Shown in pieces: positions 46,087 through 55,530 of a stretch of 64,000 nt of DNA. The notes below the pieces were generated by a model. It was not told the origin of the DNA, did no database searches, and saw only the letters and a list, made by a program, of their open reading frames with translations. A program made the position numbers and the translations under genes. Position 1 is the stretch's first letter. Every line of letters begins with the position of its first letter. Origin of the DNA: a virus (lineage: Duplodnaviria; Caudoviricetes); IMG/VR virus record IMGVR_UViG_3300025387_000016, positions 5,544-69,543 of that record. One strand, written 5' to 3'.

Positions 46087-46689
46087 CTATTCTCCTTTCG
46101 TTGCCGCTAGATACTTCTCGGTTTCGTCGGTAAAGACGAAGTGGCGATACTCTTTTAGCAAGTCAATGGTAGCCCAGATGTCATACCACGCGCGATGAGG
46201 GAACGAATTAGGGTCGCTCGCTATAACGATGTGGTCGTATGCGTTCGGAGTCCAACGCTGAACCAACTTGCCAATCGAGGTGACATCGAGGTTCTGATGC
46301 GTGAATCGCGCCATCAACTTCGGCATACGGGTTTCCAACATACGGCGGTCAAAGTGAACGCTCGCCCCTGCCAAAAGCAAGTTCTTGGTCAAGCCGTTGC
46401 GGTCAAGCACTTCAAGGATTTCTTTTTCAACATCAGCAATCGGCGTTCCCCCGAAATACTTGAGGTCGGCAAGGAGCTCCGAGTCGGTGTGCATACAACG
46501 AACGTAGTCGTTCATACGACGCAACTTACGCTTCGGGGTCTTGACGATATTGCAGTAGGAGTCAATCATCTCAAGGTCGTTGTTTGTAATCACCACGGCG
46601 ATTTCGAGCACCGCTTCTTTCTTGAAGTCAAGCCCGGTTGTCTCAATGTCAATCCATACGATTGTTTCTTTGGGGTCAAGTTTTGTCAT
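46087..46689 (-). CDS. orn: Oligoribonuclease (DEDDh 3'-5' exonuclease)
   Basis: VWIDIETTGLD...LEIA...MHT.S.L...LAGASVHFDRRML...F....DVTSI...HRA..DI. Confidence 0.85.
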   Translation of the reverse strand: MTKLDPKETIVWIDIETTGLDFKKEAVLEIAVVITNNDLEMIDSYCNIVKTPKRKLRRMNDYVRCMHTDSELLADLKYFGGTPIADVEKEILEVLDRNGLTKNLLLAGASVHFDRRMLETRMPKLMARFTHQNLDVTSIGKLVQRWTPNAYDHIVIASDPNSFPHRAWYDIWATIDLLKEYRHFVFTDETEKYLAATKGE

Positions 46690-46866
46690 TGTCTTCCTTT
46701 ATTGTATCAAACTATAGGGTCGCTCATAGGGCGATTAGTTGGCTTAGGAGTTCGGCGTTTGCTTTTTCACCACACGAAACGCAACGCAAGTTATCCCAAT
46801 ACTTCGCGCCACAGTAGCAACGGACTACGCCCTCAAGGTCTGCGTCAATAATGTAGTCGGTTGGCA

Positions 46867-47343
46867 TTAGTTGACTCGCTCGCATCCGTAGAGCGAGTAG
46901 CGAGTAGCGACACCATTCTCATCAACGGCGAGAACCTTGAGTTCGGCATCCCAAGCACCGTCATCCTCAATCTGCCAATCCGAGTAGTTGGTGTAGCCGA
47001 AGTTGTAGACGTGGTAGCCCGTTGCTTCGTACTCCGCACCGTAGTCGGGGTGTTCGTTCATAAACTCAATAACAGAAACCCACTCGTAGTCGTTGTTGAT
47101 TATCGAAAGAGCCAACTTCTCGTTGGGCTTCGCACCCTCGATGTGGTCGAGGACAAACTCTTCGCAAACAAACTTCGGGTCGAACGTTTTGCTATTCGCC
47201 GCTTCTCCGCACTCACGGCAAGAGAAGTATTCCGACTCGACTTCGCTACTCCCGGGGTACGAGGGGAAAGTCCAAAGGTGTTCCGCTTCGGTGCAACCGC
47301 ACTTACACACCTTGATAATCGTCGTGGTGGTCGTTTCCATTAG
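46867..47343 (-). CDS. Cys-rich hypothetical protein
   Basis: CKCGC...H; CREC; start ATG 47343 overlaps the upstream stop. Confidence 0.6.
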   Translation of the reverse strand, partial: LMETTTTTIIKVCKCGCTEAEHLWTFPSYPGSSEVESEYFSCRECGEAANSKTFDPKFVCEEFVLDHIEGAKPNEKLALSIINNDYEWVSVIEFMNEHPDYGAEYEATGYHVYNFGYTNYSDWQIEDDGAWDAELKVLAVDENGVATRYSLYGCERVN

Positions 47344-47582
47344 AGCCATCCAATCGTGCTACGGGGCTGACCGTCGAGAACCTTGTTCGCTTCGGCAACA
47401 ACCTTGAACGTTACGGTCTTGTCAAATGCGAGGCCGACCGTCTTGATGATTTCTGCTACCTCGGCGTTGAGTTTCTCCGCCTTGGCCGAATCACCTGACC
47501 TGTATGCGAGCATCTGCTCGACACGAAGAGCAACTGCCTTTTCGCAGAGCTCGTTTCCCTGTTCTTTTGTTATTTTTTCCAT
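47340..47582 (-). CDS. Hypothetical protein, leaderless
   Basis: ATG 6 nt after TACAGT of the promoter TTGTTT-N17-TACAGT (47589-47617). Confidence 0.65.
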   Translation of the reverse strand: MEKITKEQGNELCEKAVALRVEQMLAYRSGDSAKAEKLNAEVAEIIKTVGLAFDKTVTFKVVAEANKVLDGQPRSTIGWL

Positions 47583-47621
47583 ACCAATACTGTATCAGGG
47601 TATAGTGACACAAACAAGGAT

Positions 47622-48116
47622 TTATTTTGGAATCCACTCAAGTCCGTTTAGAAGTATGGGCTTTACGTTCGGTATCTCGTGGGAGATATCTATGAGTTTT
47701 ACATCGGCCTCTCGGAACATCGTTTCAGCAGCGTCAACTGATGCTTCCCAGTGTTCGGGCGTTTCCAACTTGTAGCGAACAAGTGTCGTAATACCACTTT
47801 GGATAATTGAGCGAGCGCAGTCGGCACACGAGGCCCATATTGCCACCATCGTCAAGCCGTTCGTGCTGATACCCGCATTTGCCGCAGCGTAAATAGCGTT
47901 TCGCTCGGCGTGTTCCGTATAGAAGTATTTGGTTGGTCGCTCTAAACGGTCGGGCGACTTTGGAACGCCGTGGGGGAAGTTATTTGCCGAGATTGTCTGA
48001 TAGATGATTTGCCCGGACTTTGATATCAGCACGGCGGCGTTTTGCGTGGACCGGTCTGGCGACTTCTTGGCGTATGAGAAGCAGACCTTGAAGTGTTCGT
48101 CGTAGGCGTGTGTCAC
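47622..48116 (-). CDS. dCMP deaminase
   Basis: S.D.STQ.AAV; HAERNAI; SCADCARSIIQSGI. Confidence 0.88.
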   Translation of the reverse strand: MTHAYDEHFKVCFSYAKKSPDRSTQNAAVLISKSGQIIYQTISANNFPHGVPKSPDRLERPTKYFYTEHAERNAIYAAANAGISTNGLTMVAIWASCADCARSIIQSGITTLVRYKLETPEHWEASVDAAETMFREADVKLIDISHEIPNVKPILLNGLEWIPK

Positions 48117-48574
48117 TCGATTACAAACGGCTCATCATCGTAGGCGAACGGCTCGTTGGCAGTGAAGTCGTCGTATGTCCAACCGAACGGCTCGTGGAGT
48201 CGAAGCGTGGCAATCACCTTGCCCTCGTCGGCTACGAGTTCTTGGTGGGCTACTCCGGCTACCGAGAACCCCGCCATCTGTGCGTAGGAAGCCGCCGTTT
48301 CTTCCGAGACAATTTCAGAGCAGATGAACGAGACTTTGGTGGGCGTGGGTTCAACATACGCCCACATAACTACACCCGATTCTGATTCTTGCCACTCACT
48401 CGATATTGACCAGCCGAAGCCAGCAGCGATTTCAGCAGAGTTATCCAATACCTGCTTGATGTTTGGGCTCTCAATCGTGGCCACCGGGAGTTGGCTTACG
48501 ATAAACCCATCTTTGTTTTCACGGGCGAATCGAATCTCCCCAGCGCGAAAGTCTGCCTCTAAGAGAAGTTTCAT
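48113..48574 (-). CDS. Hypothetical protein
   Basis: 153 aa, ATGA coupled. Confidence 0.6.
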   Translation of the reverse strand: MKLLLEADFRAGEIRFARENKDGFIVSQLPVATIESPNIKQVLDNSAEIAAGFGWSISSEWQESESGVVMWAYVEPTPTKVSFICSEIVSEETAASYAQMAGFSVAGVAHQELVADEGKVIATLRLHEPFGWTYDDFTANEPFAYDDEPFVIE

Positions 48575-49674
48575 TTGGTCTTCTTTCTTTGGGTACTAAT
48601 GTCCTTGATGAGTTTCTTGTAGTTGTTCTTGATTTCACCAACGGCGTGTTTCTCCGCCTCGCGCAAGTAATACAAGCCTTCTTTTTCGTTTCCCGTGTTG
48701 AGGTAGCAGAAACCAAGTTTGCCTAGTGGGTAGTAGTTGTAGAACGATTCGTTTGTCGGTGCGCCGTCATTGACGATTTTCATACCGAGCGTCGCCTTGT
48801 AGAAAGGAATCGCCTTGAGCCACTGCTCTTGGTCAAAGAAGATATCGCCTAGACCAATAAACGCATCAGGCTTAGTGGGGTCAAAGAACACGGCTTGTTG
48901 TAGCCAATTCACCATTCGCCCCATATCTTTTTTTGCGTAGGCGATTTTCGCTAAGTGAATTAGTGAGAAGTAGCGTTGGTATGTAAAGTCTTTGGTTTCC
49001 AAAAGCGCGATGAAGTCGGCCTCGGCCTCGTCAAACTTTCCGTGTGCCAATTCTTCTTGACCTAGGTAGTAATAGGTTCGTGCTGATACGTCGCCCTTTG
49101 CCTTGAGCCTCTCAAGGATTCGTAGGTTCCTATCGGTTGCCTTTTGGTAGAACGCCAATGGGTCGTTGATGTAAGGCGTGTCAAGGAACGTAAAGAATCG
49201 GTTGTTATCCGTGGCGATGGTTTCGTGGATTGGCTCTACCCAAACTGGATTTGCTGATTTGCGCGCAATTCGGCAGATGTAATACCACTGGAGAACTTCG
49301 CCGTTCGGGTCAATAATTCGGTTGGTGCGAAGCATTATGCCCTCAATATCCGTGTTGGGGTCACTTAGAAAGTTGGCGGTTCGCATCTTCCTAAAGTTTG
49401 GAACGGAATCCGGTGGGATTACATCACCAGAGTCGAGCCACATAATCCAGTCGCCCGTCGTTTTCTCAAAAGAGAAGTTCCGGGCGGCGGCGAAGTCGTC
49501 TATCCACTCAAAGTCATAGACCTTTGCCCCATACGATTCAGCAACGGCCTTTGTGTTGTCCTTAGAGCCTGTGTCAACGATAACGATTTCGTCAACCAAG
49601 CCCTTTACTGACTCAAGGGTTTGCCCCAATACGCTTTCGTTGTCACGGACAATCATCGCCAAAGAGAGTTTCAT
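48571..49674 (-). CDS. Glycosyltransferase family 2 with C-terminal TPR repeats
   Basis: LSLAMIVRD; VDEIVIVDTGSKD; DFAAARN; W..WLDSGD; IHE; DRNLRIL; YYLGQE TPRs. Confidence 0.88.
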   Translation of the reverse strand: MKLSLAMIVRDNESVLGQTLESVKGLVDEIVIVDTGSKDNTKAVAESYGAKVYDFEWIDDFAAARNFSFEKTTGDWIMWLDSGDVIPPDSVPNFRKMRTANFLSDPNTDIEGIMLRTNRIIDPNGEVLQWYYICRIARKSANPVWVEPIHETIATDNNRFFTFLDTPYINDPLAFYQKATDRNLRILERLKAKGDVSARTYYYLGQEELAHGKFDEAEADFIALLETKDFTYQRYFSLIHLAKIAYAKKDMGRMVNWLQQAVFFDPTKPDAFIGLGDIFFDQEQWLKAIPFYKATLGMKIVNDGAPTNESFYNYYPLGKLGFCYLNTGNEKEGLYYLREAEKHAVGEIKNNYKKLIKDISTQRKKTK

Positions 49675-50089
49675 CTATCGCCTTTCCCGTTAGGTAAGAG
49701 TAGCGAAATTGGCGTGAGTCTGCTTGCTGAAACGAAAACTCTGTTTGGGTCTTCGTATTTCTTGCCAACTTCCCACAACGCCCTAGCGTAGCCACCACCG
49801 AGCAAGCGAACACGGGTTTCGGTTCTAACGCCGTTTGCTGGCGCGCACTCGGCGCACTCGCAACCAGCCAGCCGAGTTTCGGCCCACAAGACCAACCGAT
49901 TTCAGCAGCGACGGAGTGAACGTTGGCGAGCTCGTTGTCTGCCATAAGTCTCTCGGCATCGTAGGAGTGACGATTTTTCTTCGTGAGGTTTTGCTCGGCG
50001 CGAGCGATACCAATACGTTGAGCAAGGTCAAACTCCCACGGGTATAAAGTCGCTACCCAACCAGAGGCTTGTAGGTCAACGAGCTCCAC
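49671..50089 (-). pseudogene. Probable frameshifted/deleted gene (N- and C-terminal halves in different frames)
   Basis: Frame A is protein-like up to ...NVHSVAAEIG. Frame B (49671-49895) gives LVLWAET...RALWEVGKKY...LTPISLL and its stop overlaps the GT2 start. Confidence 0.4.
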
Positions 50090-50093
50090 CCGA

Positions 50094-50720
50094 CTATTCC
50101 TCTAGCGTGGCGTTGAACTCCGTCGCAAGGAGTGTCTCGATTTCAGCATTGGTCGGAACGAGTCGTTGGATTTGGCGATAACGAAGTTCGGAACCGAACG
50201 CGCGCTCAACGTCCCTCACTGGAACGAGGTAGCCACGAGTAACGTAAACCGAGCCATTTGGTCGAATCGTGTGTGTCCTAAAACTTACAAAGCGATTGGC
50301 CCGTGACCCCACCTCACGGATAAACCACTCGCGCACCGGGGCAAGCGGGAATATCCAAAGTTCGTTTGTCTCAATAGAGAAGTAGTAGAAGTAGTCGGCC
50401 TTGCTTCGCATAAAGCAACCCTGCGTGAAACCTATTTCGTTGCTGATTGTCTCAAAAGCGAAGTTGCCCGAGTTCTGAATAGTCGTATCGCCCTTGACCT
50501 CAATAGAGATAGTCGTGGTCTTGCCCTTGTGCGCGCGTGTCCAAAAGAGGTCAATATCATCACGGCGTTGCGTTTCAATATCGGCATCTTCTAGGTCCAT
50601 CGTCGCATCAAGCGAGAGGATATATTCCTTGATGATTGGCAACGCCCTCGCTTCAGTTTCCAAGCGTTGCTCAAAGGTCGCTAGACCTCTATCTATTTCT
50701 TTGGCCATAGCCCACGACAC
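50094..50720 (-). CDS. PD-(D/E)XK-like nuclease fold protein
   Basis: DIDL...SIEVKGD...GNFAFE...S.ADYFYY. Confidence 0.6.
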   Translation of the reverse strand: MSWAMAKEIDRGLATFEQRLETEARALPIIKEYILSLDATMDLEDADIETQRRDDIDLFWTRAHKGKTTTISIEVKGDTTIQNSGNFAFETISNEIGFTQGCFMRSKADYFYYFSIETNELWIFPLAPVREWFIREVGSRANRFVSFRTHTIRPNGSVYVTRGYLVPVRDVERAFGSELRYRQIQRLVPTNAEIETLLATEFNATLEE

Positions 50721-50748
50721 TACTACCTAGAGGGCAGTAGTGCGTGGA

Positions 50749-51048
50749 TTACTTGCGAACGTGCTTAAAGATTTCAGCAAGAACTTTCTCATTGTGGCGC
50801 TCAATCCGAGCGATGTATGAGAGGTAGATGCCCGCCATAATGAAAGCGAACACCACAGTCAACGCCCCGGCGATTCCAAACACTCGTGCGAATGATGCGG
50901 CCCAACTAAGCGTCACTACGCCGTGAACGAATCGAGCAAGCATCGCCGCTACAAACACACCCAACATAAATGAGTAGGTCCACACGGCGGGCGTGTATTC
51001 ATTGCCACGAACTTTCTTCTTTGCGTGGCGTGGTTGATACTTCGTCAT
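50749..51048 (-). CDS. Two-TM membrane protein
   Basis: KYQPRHA N-terminus and two TM segments; AAGGAG RBS. Confidence 0.6.
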   Translation of the reverse strand: MTKYQPRHAKKKVRGNEYTPAVWTYSFMLGVFVAAMLARFVHGVVTLSWAASFARVFGIAGALTVVFAFIMAGIYLSYIARIERHNEKVLAEIFKHVRK

Positions 51049-51173
51049 CTCTATCTCCTTAGTTTTGATTTGACTTACATAACATTACTTTAGTAAGGTT
51101 GAGTTTGTCAAAGATTTTTTGTTATCACCTCAAAGCCCTTTATTTACAAGGCGAAATAAATCCAAACAAATAT

Positions 51174-51202
51174 TTGACATTGGTTCCAAACTAAACTAGA
51201 GT
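51174..51202 (+). promoter_or_regulatory. Promoter for the plus-strand amidoligase operon
   Basis: TTGACA-N17-TAGAGT; AAAGGAG RBS at about 51235. Confidence 0.8.
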
Positions 51203-51247
51203 TGAGTATGTAGGCAACGATGACCTACGAAAGCAAAGGAGATTCAG

Positions 51248-52348
51248 ATGCCGGTTGTAAACCGACCTGAGAACTACAACTGGTCCAACGTGGACCGGTC
51301 CCGGGCGGCAACTCGCCGTCGCCAAGACACCGCTTGGAACCTACGCCAGACGGGTATGTCTTACATCAACATCGCAGCCCAGTTAGGCTACGTTGACGCT
51401 AATGGTCGCCCAAAGGCACAGTCGGCGGCAGAGGCCGTTCGTGCTTCGGCTCGTCGTCGCGCAAGTGGTGACGCAGACACGGCTCTCGACATCGTGAGCA
51501 ACACGGCCGAGTTCCCAATGCTTCCGAGCGACCGCACCTTTGGTGTCGAAGCCGAGTTCTTCGGTATCACCCCACAGGCGGCGATTGACGCGCTATATCA
51601 GGTTGGTATTGACTGCCGACACGAGAATCACAATCACGTCACTCGGACGTGGTGGAAGATTGTCTACGACGCTTCCGTAAACTCTCGTGGCACGGGTCAG
51701 GGTCACGGCATTGAGTTGGTTTCACCTATCCTGCGTGGCGAAGAGGGTATGGCTGTGGCCGCCCTCGCCGTAAACACGCTTCAGGGTATCGGTGGCAAGA
51801 CCGACAAGACCTGTGGGCTTCACGTTCACGTTGGTATGGACGGATTGGTTGGTCGTGACGTGGTGAAGATTATGGACCTCTACACGGCGAATCAGGAGAA
51901 CATCAACAAGTTGATTGCTCGTAGCCGTTGGCGCAATATCTATTGCCAGCCCATTGACAACGCAACTCGTAATAGCCGTGTCGTGAACGACTTTGCTAGT
52001 GCGACGACCGCCTTAGAGACGAGTCGGTTTGGTAACGCACTTCAGTATTACGACCGCTACCACGCTGTAAACCTCGCTTCCTACGCCAAGTATGGAACGA
52101 TTGAGTTCCGTCAGCACCAAGGAACGCTCAATGGCGAGAAGTTGACCTCGTGGGTTCGCTTCTTGCTCGCCCTTGTAGAAAAGGGTTCGAGCTCCACGAA
52201 CGCCAATGAGGACTTCGGTTCGCTTGGCGGATTGCTGAACGGCGTTCCACTCCACTCGGAGACTCGCTCGTTCCTCACTCGTCGTGCCGAGCGTCTTGAG
52301 CGTAGCCGTGAAGAGGCCCGACTCCGCGCCACCGGCGCAACGAACTAA
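51248..52348 (+). CDS. Putative amidoligase (COOH-NH2 ligase, Amidoligase_2-like) with N-terminal HTH
   Basis: RTFGVEAEF; WKIVYDASV; IELVSPIL; TCGLHVHVG; RYHAVN; TIEFRQHQGT. Confidence 0.88.
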   Translation: MPVVNRPENYNWSNVDRSRAATRRRQDTAWNLRQTGMSYINIAAQLGYVDANGRPKAQSAAEAVRASARRRASGDADTALDIVSNTAEFPMLPSDRTFGVEAEFFGITPQAAIDALYQVGIDCRHENHNHVTRTWWKIVYDASVNSRGTGQGHGIELVSPILRGEEGMAVAALAVNTLQGIGGKTDKTCGLHVHVGMDGLVGRDVVKIMDLYTANQENINKLIARSRWRNIYCQPIDNATRNSRVVNDFASATTALETSRFGNALQYYDRYHAVNLASYAKYGTIEFRQHQGTLNGEKLTSWVRFLLALVEKGSSSTNANEDFGSLGGLLNGVPLHSETRSFLTRRAERLERSREEARLRATGATN

Positions 52349-52360
52349 GGGGGTATAAGT

Positions 52361-53089
52361 ATGTGTGGAATCGCAGGATTTTGCCTAGCCCCCGGTGAGG
52401 GTCTTGACCCCACTCGCCTCTCGTCGTGTCTCTTGGACCAGATTGTCGAGCGAGGGCAACACGCCACAGGTGCTTCGTGGGTATTCACCGAGAAGAATAA
52501 GAAGGCAGGGATTGCCGTGAGTAAAGCCCCCGTGCCAGCGTGGGCGTTTAAGCCTTATCTTGCCAAGATGCCCAAGACAACGAAGCGAGCAATCCTTCAC
52601 ACTCGTTGGGCTACACAGGGTTCACCACAGGACAACCTCAACAACCACCCGATTGTGTCGGGTCGTATCGTGGGCGTTCACAACGGACACCTAGCAAACG
52701 ATAAGGCTATCTTTGATGCTCTCCAATGCGAGCGTCACGGCGAGGTGGATTCGGAAGCGGCGTTCGCTCTCTTGGCGAACACCACACACAAGCCCGAAGA
52801 CGTGCTCGAGTCTCTCAAGGGTCGGGCGGCGTTGGCGTGGTTTGACGCACGGGACAAGCGTGACCTACACCTTGCCCGTGTGACGGATTCACCTCTCGCT
52901 ATAGGCTCAACGGAAAAGGGGTCGCTTATCTTCGCCTCAACCGTGCCGTTGCTCGCTAAGGCGTGTGACGAGGCGCAGGTGGAGTTGGAGTGGATTGAGA
53001 GCGTCAAGCCCTATACCTATATGCGAGTTCGCAACGGCGTTATCCAAGACATTCAGGCTATTGGGCGAAGCCTCAAGGAGATTGCCTAA
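52361..53089 (+). CDS. Class II glutamine amidotransferase (Ntn fold)
   Basis: MCGIAG; RG.HATG; HTRWATQG; NNHP; HNG; VDSE. Confidence 0.9.
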   Translation: MCGIAGFCLAPGEGLDPTRLSSCLLDQIVERGQHATGASWVFTEKNKKAGIAVSKAPVPAWAFKPYLAKMPKTTKRAILHTRWATQGSPQDNLNNHPIVSGRIVGVHNGHLANDKAIFDALQCERHGEVDSEAAFALLANTTHKPEDVLESLKGRAALAWFDARDKRDLHLARVTDSPLAIGSTEKGSLIFASTVPLLAKACDEAQVELEWIESVKPYTYMRVRNGVIQDIQAIGRSLKEIA

Positions 53090-53409
53090 TGAAATACCCC
53101 ACTAACGCAACGTGGTCGGTTGATTGGAACGGCGAAACTATTTCAGCACCGAGCGCGTTTGACCTACTCGCCACAATCGGGGAGACTTCCTACGTTCCCT
53201 CGGATGCCAAGTATCCGAAGCGTGGGATTTCCTTCCGGGTGTGGACACAGTTCGGGATACTTATTGACCCCGACCTTGCCGATGAGTTGTTCCTTATCGC
53301 TTTGGCCGAGTTCGGTATCCTCACGCTCACTATCAAAGGCGAAGTTCCAAGCGACTTCTTACAGGAAGCCGCCGACTTCTCACAATCATTTCACCACGAG
53401 GGATTCTAA
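53089..53409 (+). CDS. Hypothetical protein
   Basis: TAATG coupled to the GATase. Confidence 0.65.
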   Translation: MKYPTNATWSVDWNGETISAPSAFDLLATIGETSYVPSDAKYPKRGISFRVWTQFGILIDPDLADELFLIALAEFGILTLTIKGEVPSDFLQEAADFSQSFHHEGF

Positions 53410-53417
53410 GGAGAGTT

Positions 53418-54338
53418 ATGAGTCGTATGTCTATTGACCAAAACGCAATTCGTCAGAGCGTTTATGCCTACGCAAACAACCTAGCGGCGCTAGCCGAATC
53501 GTCTAGTGGAAAGTTGCCACCTTTCTTGGTGACTCTTACCGCCTCAACGGGCTACGCCGTTGCCGATGCCCTTGACTACGACACCGAGCAGTCTTGTAGA
53601 AACGGCAGCGTGAAAATTGTTATTAGCGACGTTGAGCAGACCTATGCCGATATTGACGAGGCCAAGCAAACTGCCAACCCTATTTTGAGGCGCGCTCTCA
53701 ATAGTTTCCGCAACTCAATCCGAACTCGTGTCGCCAATCTTGGTGATGAGGTTGCGGAAACATTTGCCGCGCCGTATCTCGCTATCCTTGACGGGTCTGC
53801 GCCGCTACCAGCAAATAGCAATACGGGTTTTGCTCGCCACGACATCACCTCGTTGATTTCGTTCTACAACTCAACGATTCGTTATAAAGAGAATCGTTCA
53901 TCACTTCGATTTGAGTATTGCAACTCTAATCGTGTGGAAGCGAGGGTAGACAACTTCAACTATGTGTTCGCTCGTGTCACACCTCGCTATGAACAGACGG
54001 GTGAAGGAATCGAGTTGCGAAACAACGTTGAGTTCTTCCCCTATAACTCAGGAACGCTCGGCAACGCACACAGTATCTTGCGCTCCAACTCGGATGTATC
54101 ACCACTTGTCTCTATTGACAACGGCACGTTTGGTGGCAACCCTATTCGGAGTATGGACGAGGTGAAGATGTCTATCGTCTCAGTCCTTGACTTGAGTGCG
54201 TCGCTTATCCGTGCGGAAGTTCTTGCGGAACTTGAGCGCCGCTTCGCACTACTAGAGCCCGTATGCGGAACTATCACGGCTTCGTTTGCCGATGGTTCCG
54301 TCAAAGTGTTCAACGCTACCGAGAGTTCGGTGGCGTGA
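53418..54338 (+). CDS. Hypothetical protein
   Basis: 306 aa, AAGGAG RBS. Confidence 0.7.
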   Translation: MSRMSIDQNAIRQSVYAYANNLAALAESSSGKLPPFLVTLTASTGYAVADALDYDTEQSCRNGSVKIVISDVEQTYADIDEAKQTANPILRRALNSFRNSIRTRVANLGDEVAETFAAPYLAILDGSAPLPANSNTGFARHDITSLISFYNSTIRYKENRSSLRFEYCNSNRVEARVDNFNYVFARVTPRYEQTGEGIELRNNVEFFPYNSGTLGNAHSILRSNSDVSPLVSIDNGTFGGNPIRSMDEVKMSIVSVLDLSASLIRAEVLAELERRFALLEPVCGTITASFADGSVKVFNATESSVA

Positions 54339-54352
54339 TGAGGGGAGGTGAA

Positions 54353-54757
54353 ATGAACAAGAACAACCAAGTAATCGCACTTTTGACCGATGCGTTGACC
54401 AACGTTGCCGCCGAACGTAAAGAGGCAGCAATCACGAGCATCGCTTCGGCAATCCGCCTCGTGAACGAGACAACGACTACGGCTATCACCACCCCAGCAG
54501 TGGCAAAGCCTACGTCCGTCGCTCGACGTGGACGCCCGGTGGGGAGTAAGAACGGCAAGAACGCTCGCAAGACGGGTCCAAAGCCGGGTCGAACTCGCTT
54601 CTCGGTGGACAACATCAAGTCCATCAACGAGCGTCTTAGCAACGGAGTGCCTGTCGCGCGTATCGCCAAAGATATGAACGTCAGTTATCAAACGATTTAC
54701 ACCTACGCAAGTCGCTTGAAGAAGACTCCGGCTACGTCAGTCACTACGGCTAACTAA
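54353..54757 (+). CDS. DNA-binding protein with AT-hook-like motif and C-terminal HTH
   Basis: RRGRPVGSKN; RLSNGVPVARIAKDMNVSYQTIY; GGAGG RBS. Confidence 0.7.
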   Translation: MNKNNQVIALLTDALTNVAAERKEAAITSIASAIRLVNETTTTAITTPAVAKPTSVARRGRPVGSKNGKNARKTGPKPGRTRFSVDNIKSINERLSNGVPVARIAKDMNVSYQTIYTYASRLKKTPATSVTTAN

Positions 54758-54766
54758 TCACCACTA

Positions 54767-54819
54767 TTTAGGCGGTTGTGGCGTGGGTTCTTGCCTATGT
54801 CACAGCCGCCTAGTAGTAT
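54767..54819 (+). promoter_or_regulatory. Long hairpin overlapping a TGTCAC-containing promoter
   Basis: TAGGCGGTTGTGGCG...TGTCACAGCCGCCTA (15 pairs with G-T wobbles); TTGCCT-N17-TAGTAT at 54791-54819. Confidence 0.6.
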
Positions 54820-54849
54820 CTAAACGTAGGTTTAGTAAAGGAGATGCCT

Positions 54850-55128
54850 ATGGCAACGAAGAAGTATGTAGTGACCCTAGAGGTTGAGTGCGACCCCGAC
54901 GAAGTTCAGGGCTTGCCACTCAATCACCCGGCTTGTTGGAACTACAACGCCTTGCTTCGCGCTGGCGGATACAACGTATGGGCCGACGCAAAGCAGGTCT
55001 ACGAGGCTTGCTGCGATGGATACATCAACTGGGTATCGACCCCTGAAGACGAGCGTTTTATCAAGAAGTTTGATGCGTTCTTCCACGATGAGGATTGCGT
55101 CAATTTTGTTGACATTGACGAAGAATAG
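54850..55128 (+). CDS. Hypothetical protein
   Basis: AAAGGAG RBS. Confidence 0.65.
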   Translation: MATKKYVVTLEVECDPDEVQGLPLNHPACWNYNALLRAGGYNVWADAKQVYEACCDGYINWVSTPEDERFIKKFDAFFHDEDCVNFVDIDEE

Positions 55129-55191
55129 TTAGGCACAGGTCGCTCGTAGCCCCTACTATGTGTTGAGTTATTTCAGCACGAGAGGAACGCT

Positions 55192-55530
55192 ATGAGCGAT
55201 ACCGCCCCTAATATCCAATACCCAACCGCAGAATCCGCTAAGGCTATGCCCACTAAGGAAGCGGCGGTCGGTGCAGAGTTGATGTTCGTCCACAACGTTA
55301 TCGTTGCGACCGTCAACGAACTTGTGGCGAAACACAACGCATTGGCCGACCCCAACGACCCTACGAAAGTGGAAACACCAGAGGGCAATCAGAACTTTGG
55401 CGCAATCAACGCGCTGGGCTGGGTATTGGCGTTCACGGAAGACCGCATCAAGGTCTATGTAGATGACTTAGAGAAAGTTGTTGGCACGGATGGTGAAGGC
55501 CCTACGGAAGATACCCCCAGTGGCGAGTAG
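55192..55530 (+). CDS. Hypothetical protein
   Basis: 112 aa, GAGG RBS. Confidence 0.6.
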   Translation: MSDTAPNIQYPTAESAKAMPTKEAAVGAELMFVHNVIVATVNELVAKHNALADPNDPTKVETPEGNQNFGAINALGWVLAFTEDRIKVYVDDLEKVVGTDGEGPTEDTPSGE

